Below, one piece after another: positions 19,133 to 28,652 of a DNA stretch of 64,000 nucleotides. Position numbers and translations under genes: made by a program. The first letter of the stretch is position 1. Every line of letters begins with the position of its first letter. This stretch comes from Candidatus Altimarinota bacterium. GTDB lineage: Bacteria > Patescibacteriota > Gracilibacteria > UBA1369 > GCA-2718715. The notes beneath the pieces are model-generated. The model made no database searches. It saw only the letters and a list, made by a program, of their open reading frames with translations, and was not told the origin of the DNA. Location: contig JBESAV010000001.1 in NCBI GenBank assembly GCA_041242255.1, positions 755,631 through 819,630 on the forward strand, in the 5' to 3' direction.

Positions 19133-19711
19133 ATGATAAAAAATCATATGAAAAAACTTTTATTTGCAATCCTTGCCACGATATTTATCTCCATACCTGC
19201 ACATGCACAGGGGATAAGCATTATACCTGAAGTAAATGAAGACTTCAGAAGCAACTACAGCTGTACTATAATCATGAAAGAATTTGAACAGTTATACGAT
19301 TTTAGAATAGGTGGCGACCCAACCTCTAACCAAAGGTTTAAATGTGCTACTGACTACCTTGGCAGATACCTGCAAAACCCATCCAGCACAACCTACACAT
19401 GCCCATCAGATGTCGATAACCCACAATTCACAGAAAACGACATATTAGGATGTAGTATTATCACAGGAAGGATCCGTTTCGCCTACGTACCACGATTCAT
19501 AGTTTACTCTCTTGAGCTACTGACAATCCTAAGTGGAGTCTTATCCCTTTTATTTGTAATACTAGGCGGATACTACTATCTTATTAACAGTTTTTCCGGT
19601 TCAGACACTGACAAAGGTAAATCTTACATCAAGAATGCCATCACAGGTCTTATCTTAAGTATGTCGGCCTGGGCTATAATAAATCTTATTCAATTATTCT
19701 TTACTTCTTAA
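19133..19711 (+). CDS. TrbC/VirB2-like (type IV secretion pilin-like) membrane protein
   Basis: Signal peptide, Cys-containing ectodomain and two C-terminal TM helices (LELLTILSGVLSLLFVILGGYYY and ITGLILSMSAWAIINLI). This architecture is common in CPR pilin-like proteins. Confidence 0.35.
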   Translation: MIKNHMKKLLFAILATIFISIPAHAQGISIIPEVNEDFRSNYSCTIIMKEFEQLYDFRIGGDPTSNQRFKCATDYLGRYLQNPSSTTYTCPSDVDNPQFTENDILGCSIITGRIRFAYVPRFIVYSLELLTILSGVLSLLFVILGGYYYLINSFSGSDTDKGKSYIKNAITGLILSMSAWAIINLIQLFFTS

Positions 19712-19712
19712 A

Positions 19713-20927
19713 ATGGTAATAAAAAAAATCAAAAGAGCAGCAAAAGTTGCCAAAAAAAAATACAACGAGATTATTCTCGAAGCTCAAAACACAAACAATG
19801 AACCAGTTGAACAAGTTTCACTTCCTACTGAAGAAGTGAACCAAAAACAGCAATTCTTCTTCTCGATATCAAACATTACCAAAGTTCTAATAGTTGCCCT
19901 CTTACTTATCGTTTTCAAAGACTTTTTAGCTGAAATAAGCGATGTGATCATTTTATTTTTAGTATCATTACTTTTTGCAGCAGCCTTAGATCCAACAGTC
20001 GATAAACTTGAAGAGTACAAGATACCTAGAGGAATTTCGGCAGGTTTGATCATGCTATTGCTTATCACTATTTTGTGCTTATTCATTTACAGTATGATAC
20101 CTTTGCTTTCCGACCAACTCTTAGATCTAGGTAGTAAGATCGGCTTGTTGTTTGAAAATCTAGCAACGGGAAACTTAAGAGTTCCAGCCTTCATTCAGCC
20201 TTTCGTAAATGAAATAGGAGCGGAATTAGAAGGAGTTAATTTCAGCCAAACAATTCAAACCCAACTTCTAAACTATAGCCGAGAACTTAGCGGACTAGCT
20301 GGAAACTTCTTTGAAACATTAAAGAGTATCTCTAGTGGTTTAAGTAACTTCCTACTTGTACTTGTACTTACTTATTTCATGACAGTGGAAGAACAAGAAA
20401 TAGATAAATTCATTTTAAGAATCTCTCCAAACAAATACGGAACATACATCACTACTAAAATTAATAGCATCAAACAAAAAGTAGGGGACTGGCTAAGAGG
20501 TCAAATCATACTCATGGTAGTAGTTGGAGCATTTACTTACTTAGGACTGCTTATATTAGGAACAGATTATGCTTTCACTCTTGCTTTAATCGCAGGTGTA
20601 ACCGAACTAATCCCAGTAGTTGGACCGTGGATAGGTTTAATTGCTGCAATCCCAGTTGCAATCAATCAAGGGGGGAGCATGTTACTTTGGGTAACTATTC
20701 TTTACTTTGTAATTCAAAGGCTTGAAAACAATCTTTTCGTACCAATCATTATGAAAAAAGCCACAGGCCTAAATCCAGTAGTAGTTATACTTGCCATGTT
20801 AATTGGTAATAAATTCTTAGGATTCGTGGGTATAATTATCTCCATACCTCTTACCGCCATCCTAAGCATCTTCCTAGAAGACATATTAACTAAAAAAGAA
20901 CAAACTGAAGTTATAGATTCTCCTTAA
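19713..20927 (+). CDS. AI-2E family transporter (PerM/UPF0118)
   Basis: Polytopic membrane protein. Motif GQIILMVVVGAFTYLGL....LIAGVTELIPVVGPWIG is typical of the family. Confidence 0.8.
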   Translation: MVIKKIKRAAKVAKKKYNEIILEAQNTNNEPVEQVSLPTEEVNQKQQFFFSISNITKVLIVALLLIVFKDFLAEISDVIILFLVSLLFAAALDPTVDKLEEYKIPRGISAGLIMLLLITILCLFIYSMIPLLSDQLLDLGSKIGLLFENLATGNLRVPAFIQPFVNEIGAELEGVNFSQTIQTQLLNYSRELSGLAGNFFETLKSISSGLSNFLLVLVLTYFMTVEEQEIDKFILRISPNKYGTYITTKINSIKQKVGDWLRGQIILMVVVGAFTYLGLLILGTDYAFTLALIAGVTELIPVVGPWIGLIAAIPVAINQGGSMLLWVTILYFVIQRLENNLFVPIIMKKATGLNPVVVILAMLIGNKFLGFVGIIISIPLTAILSIFLEDILTKKEQTEVIDSP

Positions 20928-21612
20928 CAAATTTCCTTATATCCCATCGAGCGTCCATATCATGACACTTTACAACTCCTTCCTCAAAGATTACACCTTT
21001 GGGGAATTTTTTTTGTACATATTTCTTGTGAGCATACAAACGTTGCAATCTACCAAGAAAAGACTCTAGTTTATCTACCAAAAAATTATCACAAACTTTT
21101 TCAAGCACCTGTATAATCTTAAATTTATCCCAATCATAAATACTTTGAGCAAATCTCAACTCATTTACATCAACCCACTTCTCAAAGATTTCATCATCTT
21201 TATAAATCCACCAAATATTTCGCCTCCAAAGCTCTAAATAATAATCATCTTTGATCATCAAATTTGCCATATTCAAACTTTCCTCATCAACCATAAAACT
21301 CAAACAAAATCTACCTGAAACTTTATCACCATGGCGTCTAACTCCTAAAAGCTGAAATAAAACAACCAAAAAAACCCTAGTAATATAAAGTCTATTTGCC
21401 CTTGTAACTACAAACAAATCAATATCACTCTTCTCATCTGCCATACCAAGAGCAATACTATTACAAACACCAATATTCTTAACGAAGGGCAACAACCTAA
21501 AAATCAATTTCATCTTTTCTAACCTTTTCAAAAAATCAATATCATAAACAACTTCAGACTTTCCAAACCACTCTCTAACCAATCTATCTTGATCTGACAT
21601 TTGTAGGTTCAT
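20911..21612 (-). CDS. Nucleotidyltransferase-fold (Pol-beta-like) protein
   Basis: GVCNSIALGMADEKSDIDLFVV fits the G-S...D-x-D NTase motif. Confidence 0.45.
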   Translation of the reverse strand: MNLQMSDQDRLVREWFGKSEVVYDIDFLKRLEKMKLIFRLLPFVKNIGVCNSIALGMADEKSDIDLFVVTRANRLYITRVFLVVLFQLLGVRRHGDKVSGRFCLSFMVDEESLNMANLMIKDDYYLELWRRNIWWIYKDDEIFEKWVDVNELRFAQSIYDWDKFKIIQVLEKVCDNFLVDKLESFLGRLQRLYAHKKYVQKKFPKGVIFEEGVVKCHDMDARWDIRKFVKENL

Positions 21613-21653
21613 ATATCCACTTGTATAATAACAATAATAATATCACTGATTTA

Positions 21654-23648
21654 ATGGATAAAAACAAACATATCTCAGCCATACTTAAAAAGATCCCTCA
21701 CCTTCCAGGTGTTTATAAATTTTTAGATGAAGATGAAAAAGTCATTTATGTAGGTAAAGCCAAAGACCTCAAAAACAGAGTTTCAAACTACTTTAACAAA
21801 AGCGGGGACGAACGCATTCAATTACCTGCCTTATTAGAGAGAGTAGAGGACATTGAGTACATAGTAGTAGATTCAGAGCTAGAAGCACTTTTCTTAGAAA
21901 CCAATCTAATTAAAAAACTCAAGCCCAAGTACAACATCTTAATGAAAGATGACAAAAATTTTGTATACATAAAAATCACAACTCAAGAAGAATTCCCAAA
22001 ACTTTTCATAACCAGAAAAATCCAAAAAGATAAAGCCACCTACATAGGACCATACACTTCTTCAAAAGACATTAGAAAAACCTTCAAGCTAATCAAAGAC
22101 CTACTCCCATACCCACAATGTGAACTTAGCGTCCAATCAACCAAAAAGGGAAAACATCCAGACAAACCAATATGCATATTCAAAGAAATCGACGAAGCCC
22201 ACTCTCCATGCATATGTGATCTACCAGCCAAAGAATATCAACAACTCATCGACTCAATTATTTCCTTCCTTAAGGGCAAGCATGATTCCTTACTCAACAA
22301 AATAGATTCAAATATGAGACAAGCTGCACAAGAACAAAAATTTGAAAAAGCTGCCAAACTGAGAGATAGACTTCTACTTCTAGAAAAAATCCTCGAAAAA
22401 CAACAAATCACCTCAGCTAATCTAAAAGAAAATATGGATTTAATAGACATTATTCATTCCAATAAAAAGTTCCTATGTAATGTCTTCCAGGTGAGAAGAG
22501 GAAAAGTGGTAAACAACCAAAATCTAGTTCTCTCAGAAAACCAAATCCAAGACGACTCCACATCAAACCTCTCATTAGCTTTTGCCTCATTTATTCAACA
22601 GTATTACTCCGAACACCCAAACCCACCTAAAGAAATCATCATACCTGAACCTTGCAACCAACAAGAGCTACTAGAAGCCTACCTAAGTAAAATCTACGAA
22701 AAAAAAATCACAATCAAAGTTCCTCAAAAAGGACGTAAAAGAGAACTACTTAAATTAGCTACTAAAAATGTTGAAAACTTTTCTAAACAAATGAAGGTTA
22801 AATGGATGTCACAAGAAGCTAGAAGTTTCGATAAAATTTCTCAAGAACTAAAAGATTTACTTGAACTACCAAAAAAACCACAAAGACTTGAGTGTTATGA
22901 TATCTCTCACTTACAAGGGAACCATACTGTAGCCAGCATGGTAGTATTTCATAATGGTGAACCGCTTAAATCTCACTACAGAATTTTCAATATTAAATCT
23001 CTACAAAAAGGAGATATAGATGATTTCAAAAGTATGAATGAAGTTATATCAAGAAGACTAAAATACCTTACTCAAATCCCAAAAGGATTTAAATCTTCCA
23101 ATAAAAAGAATCAATATATATTAAAAAATCCAGACAAAGAAGCAGTAATCACAATAAATTACGAAATCACAGAGAATAAAGACATACTCATCCACGACAT
23201 ACAAGTATCCTCACTCGAACATCTAGTAGTTCCTTTCGTCATAAAGCTTTGCAAAAAATTCAAGCAAAGAAAAGCTCTAACTGACAATCCAGATCTTAAA
23301 AAATTCATGTTTCAATCAATTAAAAACAATCAATACAAATATGGCTTTTACATATCTAAACTGAAACCCGATCCTTCCTTCAGCCAAAAACCAGACTTAA
23401 TCATCATAGATGGAGGAAAAGGACAACTATCCTCAAGCTTAAAAGTTAAACACCAACTCGAGTCCAGCATACCATTCATCAGTTTAGCCAAAAGAAACGA
23501 AACTATCTACAACGAAGCGATGGAACCAATACAACTTCCAAACAACTCGCCAACTAGACTACTAGTTCAACAACTAAGAGATGAAGCTCATAGATTTGCC
23601 ATAACCCACAATAGAAAAAGAAGACAAAAAATAAGCCCTAACTCATAA
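21654..23648 (+). CDS. uvrC: Excinuclease ABC subunit C (atypical: internal insertion, no C-terminal HhH2)
   Basis: GIY-YIG (PGVYKFLDEDEKVIYVGKAKDLKNRVSNYF), UVR domain (FEKAAKLRDRL) and RNaseH-like endonuclease domain (ECYDISHLQG...DGGKGQL...RDEAHRFAI). ATG 21654 preferred over the TTG at 21621. Confidence 0.9.
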   Translation: MDKNKHISAILKKIPHLPGVYKFLDEDEKVIYVGKAKDLKNRVSNYFNKSGDERIQLPALLERVEDIEYIVVDSELEALFLETNLIKKLKPKYNILMKDDKNFVYIKITTQEEFPKLFITRKIQKDKATYIGPYTSSKDIRKTFKLIKDLLPYPQCELSVQSTKKGKHPDKPICIFKEIDEAHSPCICDLPAKEYQQLIDSIISFLKGKHDSLLNKIDSNMRQAAQEQKFEKAAKLRDRLLLLEKILEKQQITSANLKENMDLIDIIHSNKKFLCNVFQVRRGKVVNNQNLVLSENQIQDDSTSNLSLAFASFIQQYYSEHPNPPKEIIIPEPCNQQELLEAYLSKIYEKKITIKVPQKGRKRELLKLATKNVENFSKQMKVKWMSQEARSFDKISQELKDLLELPKKPQRLECYDISHLQGNHTVASMVVFHNGEPLKSHYRIFNIKSLQKGDIDDFKSMNEVISRRLKYLTQIPKGFKSSNKKNQYILKNPDKEAVITINYEITENKDILIHDIQVSSLEHLVVPFVIKLCKKFKQRKALTDNPDLKKFMFQSIKNNQYKYGFYISKLKPDPSFSQKPDLIIIDGGKGQLSSSLKVKHQLESSIPFISLAKRNETIYNEAMEPIQLPNNSPTRLLVQQLRDEAHRFAITHNRKRRQKISPNS

Positions 23649-23681
23649 AAGCTAGAGCTTACAATCTTCAAAAACTAAATA

Positions 23682-24131
23682 CTAGATATCATAATAATAT
23701 CCATAGTATTCAACTACATTTCTTGAGTTTCTTGGATAATAAACATTATCATACCTGTATTCATTATAATAACTTGGTACGTTATAAACTCTTCTAGTAT
23801 GAGTCGACTGTCCATAGTTATGCCTAGTAGAAGTATTTACGTACCTTCTAACAGGAACTCTAACCGTTCTAGTTTCTAGTTTATAATCAGTTTTATAGTA
23901 ACAATTTCTATAATTCTCGTATCCATAACCATAGTAACCATATTCATGATACCTAGGATAGTAATCATCATCACACACATATTTTCTGTAAGGAACGTAC
24001 TCAGAAACCTCTCTTGCCTCGTAAGTAGTAGTGTAATAACCTTGATCACCATAGTAATGATAAGCCCCAACAACAGTTGGTACAGCAACAATCATTACTG
24101 CCACCACTGACAACAATAATTTTCTAAACAT
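23682..24131 (-). CDS. Secreted/anchored tyrosine-rich small protein
   Basis: N-terminal hydrophobic signal/anchor. By my count 35 Tyr in 149 aa, with Y/R/G/N-rich low-complexity sequence. Confidence 0.5.
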   Translation of the reverse strand: MFRKLLLSVVAVMIVAVPTVVGAYHYYGDQGYYTTTYEAREVSEYVPYRKYVCDDDYYPRYHEYGYYGYGYENYRNCYYKTDYKLETRTVRVPVRRYVNTSTRHNYGQSTHTRRVYNVPSYYNEYRYDNVYYPRNSRNVVEYYGYYYDI

Positions 24132-24198
24132 ACTTTTAAGTTATTTATTAAAACAACTCGATTATAATACAATCAAGATGTATCGCAAACTGTAACAA

Positions 24199-24285
24199 TG
24201 GTACTGAAGGAGGGAATCGAACCCTCACTCACTTGCGTGAACGGGATTTTGAGTCCCGCGCGTCTACCAATTCCGCCACTTCAGC
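24199..24285 (-). tRNA. tRNA-Leu (CAA), CCA encoded
   Basis: Reverse complement gives acceptor GCTGAAG/CTTCAGT, anticodon stem CGGGA/TCCCG with loop CTCAAAA, long variable arm, T arm GAGGG-TTCGATT-CCCTC and terminal ACCA. Confidence 0.85.
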
Positions 24286-24357
24286 CTAAACTCGAAATCT
24301 TACATTTCAAATTTTCGAAAGTAATGTAACATTAAACAAACCTTTAAGTCCAGCCCA

Positions 24358-26109
24358 TTGCATACAATTTTGAAAAGACTTTCCATACCAGAATTAGTGC
24401 TAACTGGAACCTTCATAGCTCTAAATTTCTTGAATACTGAGTACAATATTAAAGCTATTTTACTTTTACCAGTTTCAATTTTAACAATAGCGCTATACCA
24501 AAAATACAAAAAATCTAGTTTACAAGTTCCCAAAAAAATCTTGTGGATAACTTTACTATATTTAATTGTCTCAATTATTTCTTATTTTCTGAGTAAAACA
24601 CCCAATGTAGGATTAGCCGAAATAACTCAAGATTTTAACTCTCTTTTTTTACTGATACTGCTTATATCTACAAAAAAAGATTTATTAAATCTTAAAAAGC
24701 TTTCATACAAACTCGCATCTCTCAATATAGTCATTCAGTCTACACTAATACTATATCAAGTCTTTCACCTAGCATCAGAAAGGGGATATGGATCGTTTTT
24801 AAGCTTCTTTGACCATCGATTAATCTACCCCAATGCTACAGCTTTATCCTTACTCTTATCAATCTTTACCATCCAGACCAGCAAGCCAACCAAGCTTCAA
24901 ATCTTCCTAACTCTCCTAGGTACAATCGGCTTACTATTTACATACTCACGTGGAGCAATCATTGCTTTTACTCTATGTTCAATTTTATACCTAGTTATTC
25001 AGCTAGCTCAACAAAATCTAAAAGATTCAATTCAAAAATTAGTAACAATTTTCATTGCAGTAATCATCTTCGCATCATCAAATCTTATTGTTGAATCGCA
25101 AAATAGTAACCTCTCTCAAAAATTCACCTTTCAAGGAACAGAACAAATCACATCCGTCCAAGAACGCTTACAATTTTTTAAGACAGCTCCTGAGTTATGG
25201 ATGGACCACCCAGTAGTAGGATACGGTCCATACTCTTACAAATACATTTTCCCTACTGTACAAGATATACCTTTATCAAACTCCCAACACCCTCACAACA
25301 TCTTCCTAAAAGTACAAATAGAAAGAGGAACAGTAGCTACTATCATTTTTATAGGGCTAATTATCACACTCTTAATGCCAATCATTAAAAACAAAACATA
25401 TTTAACCCAAACAGGCCCTCTACTAGCAATAAGCGCAGCAATTCTACACAGTCAAATCGACTACAATTTCAACCTTCCTTTAAACTCTTTTTTACTTATA
25501 ATTATTCTCTCCAGCCTTTTCCAAAACTACAACTTCAAAATAAGTAAGGCTCCTTTCATCTCAATTATTTCAATATTACCTTTAACAGCTTTACTTTTTA
25601 CCTATCACCTTACTTACAAATCACCTCATATTTCTCTATTAAAATTGGACGATATAAATTACCAAGACACCCTCATAAAAGCCTCCATTCAAAGCCAAAG
25701 TATCACCTCACAAATCCAACTAGCCTCAAAACACACAACCCTAAACCCTTATGACTCCTACGCCTTCAACTATCTAGGTGATCTATACGAACAAAACTTA
25801 AACTATCAAGCTGCTATTCAAGCCTACCAAAAAAGTATAGCAATAAACCCAAAAAACTATTGGTACCCCTACAGCAAAATAACTAAGTATTCCAAAGCAT
25901 ATGAATTCCAAAAAGTTCTTCAGAACTTACAAGAATACAACAATGCCGCCAAACAGAATCTTCACTTCACAAGCCAATCACAAAACATAAACTATGCCAT
26001 CCAAACAACTCAGAACCTTCTAAATGATCCAAACATTCAAGACAAAAATCAACTAAATGAAATATACAAAGAATTATTGCAATCTCGCGAACGCTTCAGC
26101 AGCAGTTAA
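24358..26109 (+). CDS. Wzy_C / O-antigen-ligase-family membrane protein with C-terminal TPR repeats
   Basis: About 10 TM helices. FTYSRGAIIAF motif and HPHNIFL periplasmic-loop motif. TPR-like tail (AFNYLGDLYEQNLNYQAAIQAYQKSIAINP). Non-ATG (TTG) start assumed. Confidence 0.6.
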   Translation: MHTILKRLSIPELVLTGTFIALNFLNTEYNIKAILLLPVSILTIALYQKYKKSSLQVPKKILWITLLYLIVSIISYFLSKTPNVGLAEITQDFNSLFLLILLISTKKDLLNLKKLSYKLASLNIVIQSTLILYQVFHLASERGYGSFLSFFDHRLIYPNATALSLLLSIFTIQTSKPTKLQIFLTLLGTIGLLFTYSRGAIIAFTLCSILYLVIQLAQQNLKDSIQKLVTIFIAVIIFASSNLIVESQNSNLSQKFTFQGTEQITSVQERLQFFKTAPELWMDHPVVGYGPYSYKYIFPTVQDIPLSNSQHPHNIFLKVQIERGTVATIIFIGLIITLLMPIIKNKTYLTQTGPLLAISAAILHSQIDYNFNLPLNSFLLIIILSSLFQNYNFKISKAPFISIISILPLTALLFTYHLTYKSPHISLLKLDDINYQDTLIKASIQSQSITSQIQLASKHTTLNPYDSYAFNYLGDLYEQNLNYQAAIQAYQKSIAINPKNYWYPYSKITKYSKAYEFQKVLQNLQEYNNAAKQNLHFTSQSQNINYAIQTTQNLLNDPNIQDKNQLNEIYKELLQSRERFSSS

Positions 26110-26505
26110 AACATCTCTAGCGTTATCAAAAGTTAATTTTTTCAAAGCATCCTCATAAAAATACCAACCAAATCCTTGATGCTCATGAGATATTTTTATC
26201 TTTGACTCAGGCATTTCAGTTTTACCTAAAAAGTAATCAACTGTTTTTTTATGTAAAAATCCATGACCTTTGTACTCATAATACATCGGCACCATTAAGC
26301 CATCATATACATAGACATCATCTATTCCTGTTTCTTCTTCTAATTCTCGTATAGCTGCTTCTTTAGGAGTTTCTCCATCTTCTAAATGACCTTTGGCATA
26401 GTCCCAATGACCACTTGGATAATGCAGTAATAGATACTTGCGCTTACCATCTTTAGATTCTCTAAAAACAACTACTCCAGCAGAGTGATGATCCTTAACT
26501 TTCAT
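26074..26505 (-). CDS. NUDIX hydrolase (Ap4A-hydrolase-like)
   Basis: Nudix box GHLEDGETPKEAAIRELEEETGI; 143 aa. Confidence 0.8.
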   Translation of the reverse strand: MKVKDHHSAGVVVFRESKDGKRKYLLLHYPSGHWDYAKGHLEDGETPKEAAIRELEEETGIDDVYVYDGLMVPMYYEYKGHGFLHKKTVDYFLGKTEMPESKIKISHEHQGFGWYFYEDALKKLTFDNARDVLTAAEAFARLQ

Positions 26506-26518
26506 AAATTTTTTTATA

Positions 26519-27223
26519 TTACTTTAACATATAACCAGTATTAGGGATTGTATGCAATAACTTCTCATCATAATTTCTATCCATTTTATCTCTCAAACGA
26601 CAAATATGAACCTCCACTGTCTTAGAAGATACCAATGAATTCATATCCCACACCTCCTCCAATATCCTTTCTTTACTTAAAATTTTACCATTATTATCCA
26701 TCAGATATTTCAATAGACGATACTCCATATTCTTAAGACCCAGAACATTCCCAGCTCTAGAAATTGTCCTAGAATCCTTATCCAATATTAGGTTCTTATA
26801 ACATTGTTTGTGTATTTTATCTTTCTTCAAAAACCATTCCAAATTCAAGCAAAATTCATTCATATCTAGAGGAAGGTAGTAATAATCCAAAACACTATAT
26901 TCAAAAAACAAATGCTTTCTCCTCATACAAAACTCTTCATCCACCACAACTATCCTTCCTTCATAAAAAAAGCTTATATTAGTCAAAAACATCTCAATAT
27001 CTTTTAAGTTAGTTTCATCAACTCCTATCAAGATAATTTCATAATCTTTATATCTAAAATCAGCCAAAATATCATATCTCATCTCACATACCACAACACC
27101 TTTTTTACCCAAACTAGATCCAAAACCTTCAAACTTACCCACAGGTTTCAAAAAAGCAACATTATTCATAATTAAACAGTTAAACTTCATTAATAATAAT
27201 TGCATTGACGCAAATAAAAACAC
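26519..27223 (-). CDS. OmpR/PhoB-type winged-helix regulator with degenerate receiver-like N-terminus
   Basis: C-terminal LLKYLMDNNGKILSKERILEEVWD....KTVEVHICRLRDKM is a Trans_reg_C motif. The N-terminal half lacks a clear acidic pocket. True start is probably an internal Met. Confidence 0.6.
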   Translation of the reverse strand: MFLFASMQLLLMKFNCLIMNNVAFLKPVGKFEGFGSSLGKKGVVVCEMRYDILADFRYKDYEIILIGVDETNLKDIEMFLTNISFFYEGRIVVVDEEFCMRRKHLFFEYSVLDYYYLPLDMNEFCLNLEWFLKKDKIHKQCYKNLILDKDSRTISRAGNVLGLKNMEYRLLKYLMDNNGKILSKERILEEVWDMNSLVSSKTVEVHICRLRDKMDRNYDEKLLHTIPNTGYMLK

Positions 27224-27347
27224 CCCAATTCTAAAATTAATAATTTTACTGATAAAACAGACAACTCAATTGTCGTCCTAAAAAAACAACAAATACCTAA
27301 ATCATTCCAAGTAAATCCTATATTATATATTCAAATAACTTAAAATC

Positions 27348-28652
27348 ATGAAAAAACTAAGCTCACTTTTCCTAATATTATCTTCTTTATTTTTAATAGC
27401 TTGCCAACAAGAGCCACAACTCCCAACAACCAACTTGGTCTACTACAAGCTTTATGAAAACAGTCCAAATTTCACAAATCTTTTAAACGAATACCAAAAA
27501 GCAAACCCAAACATAAACATTATTTTTAAAAACTTCACAGATCCTGAAGTATATTACGATACAATCGTAAACGAAATTGCTGAGGGTAGGGGACCTGACA
27601 TTTTATCAGTTCACAATACATGGGTTGCACCAAACTATGCTAAACTATCTCCAGCACCATCAAACTTGGTAAGCGTTGAAGACTATCAAAACATCTTCGT
27701 AGGACAGGCCTACCAAGACAATGTACTCTCCATTAATCAAACGGAGCAAGTTTATGGTATACCACTTCAAATGGATAATTTAGCCCTTTACTATAACCAA
27801 AACCACTTTGAGCAAACACTTCCTCAAGACGGAAGACCAGGTCAAACATGGACAGAAATACAAAACCAATCTAGATCACTTACCAACACTTCATCACAAA
27901 GATCAGGAGTTGCACTAGGTGATGGAAGCTCAATTCTAAGGTCAATGGATACATTCTACAATCTGGCTTTACAAACAAACAGCAACTTCTACGACAGATC
28001 CCTAACCGAATCAGAAATGTCCCAAAGCCAAGAAATTCAAGATACTTTAGATTTCATCACTTCATTCTCAGATCCAGAAAATGACAATTACACCTGGAAC
28101 CCAAACCTCTCATACAATGAAAAGGAATTAGCCAGCTTCATTCAAGGTGACACCTCCATGATTTTTGGTTACACATACCTTTATCAAGAGTTACAATCCC
28201 TCATAAACACATATCAAAGACAAGGAGTTGAAACTATAGATATTTCAGACATAAAGATTTCTACATCTCCTCAAGTTGACACAGAACAACCTACAGTATT
28301 TGCAAATTATTACACCGAAACTGTTTCCAGAAATTCACAAAATCCAGAAGCAGCCTGGTCACTGATCGGATATCTAAGCTCCAGAAATAGCCTAGAAAGC
28401 TATTACGATAACAACTTTAAATTATCACCAAGAAGAGACATGGTTGAATCACAAAGTCAAAATAGAATCTTCAACCCATTTGTACAACAAATTGGAATAA
28501 CACAATCTCTCCCAATCATAGATCAAGAAAAACAAAAAAACATAATTAAAGAAATGATAGACAATTACCCAACCAACGGGGTACAGTCGATCCAAAACGC
28601 AGATAGAAAAATCAATACACTAATTCAAGGACGTGCTCTCCGCCCAAATTAA
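27348..28652 (+). CDS. Lipoprotein, extracellular solute-binding protein family 1 (sugar ABC type)
   Basis: Lipobox LFLIAC. Size and pattern of SBP_bac_1 (GRGPDILSVHNTWV). Confidence 0.6.
   Translation: MKKLSSLFLILSSLFLIACQQEPQLPTTNLVYYKLYENSPNFTNLLNEYQKANPNINIIFKNFTDPEVYYDTIVNEIAEGRGPDILSVHNTWVAPNYAKLSPAPSNLVSVEDYQNIFVGQAYQDNVLSINQTEQVYGIPLQMDNLALYYNQNHFEQTLPQDGRPGQTWTEIQNQSRSLTNTSSQRSGVALGDGSSILRSMDTFYNLALQTNSNFYDRSLTESEMSQSQEIQDTLDFITSFSDPENDNYTWNPNLSYNEKELASFIQGDTSMIFGYTYLYQELQSLINTYQRQGVETIDISDIKISTSPQVDTEQPTVFANYYTETVSRNSQNPEAAWSLIGYLSSRNSLESYYDNNFKLSPRRDMVESQSQNRIFNPFVQQIGITQSLPIIDQEKQKNIIKEMIDNYPTNGVQSIQNADRKINTLIQGRALRPN

Noticed and set aside
19752-19760. A9 homopolymers inside coding regions (19752-19760 in the AI-2E transporter gene, 22699-22707 in uvrC) as phase-variation switches
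   Set aside because: Runs of this length are expected by chance in lysine-rich, AT-rich coding sequence. Both genes are in frame, and there is no paralogous or contingency-locus context.
23070-23390. UvrC insertion as an intein or homing endonuclease
   Set aside because: There is no Cys/Ser/Thr at the N-terminal junction followed by intein block A, no terminal His-Asn plus Cys/Ser/Thr, and no LAGLIDADG or HNH motif. At 107 aa it is shorter than typical mini-inteins.
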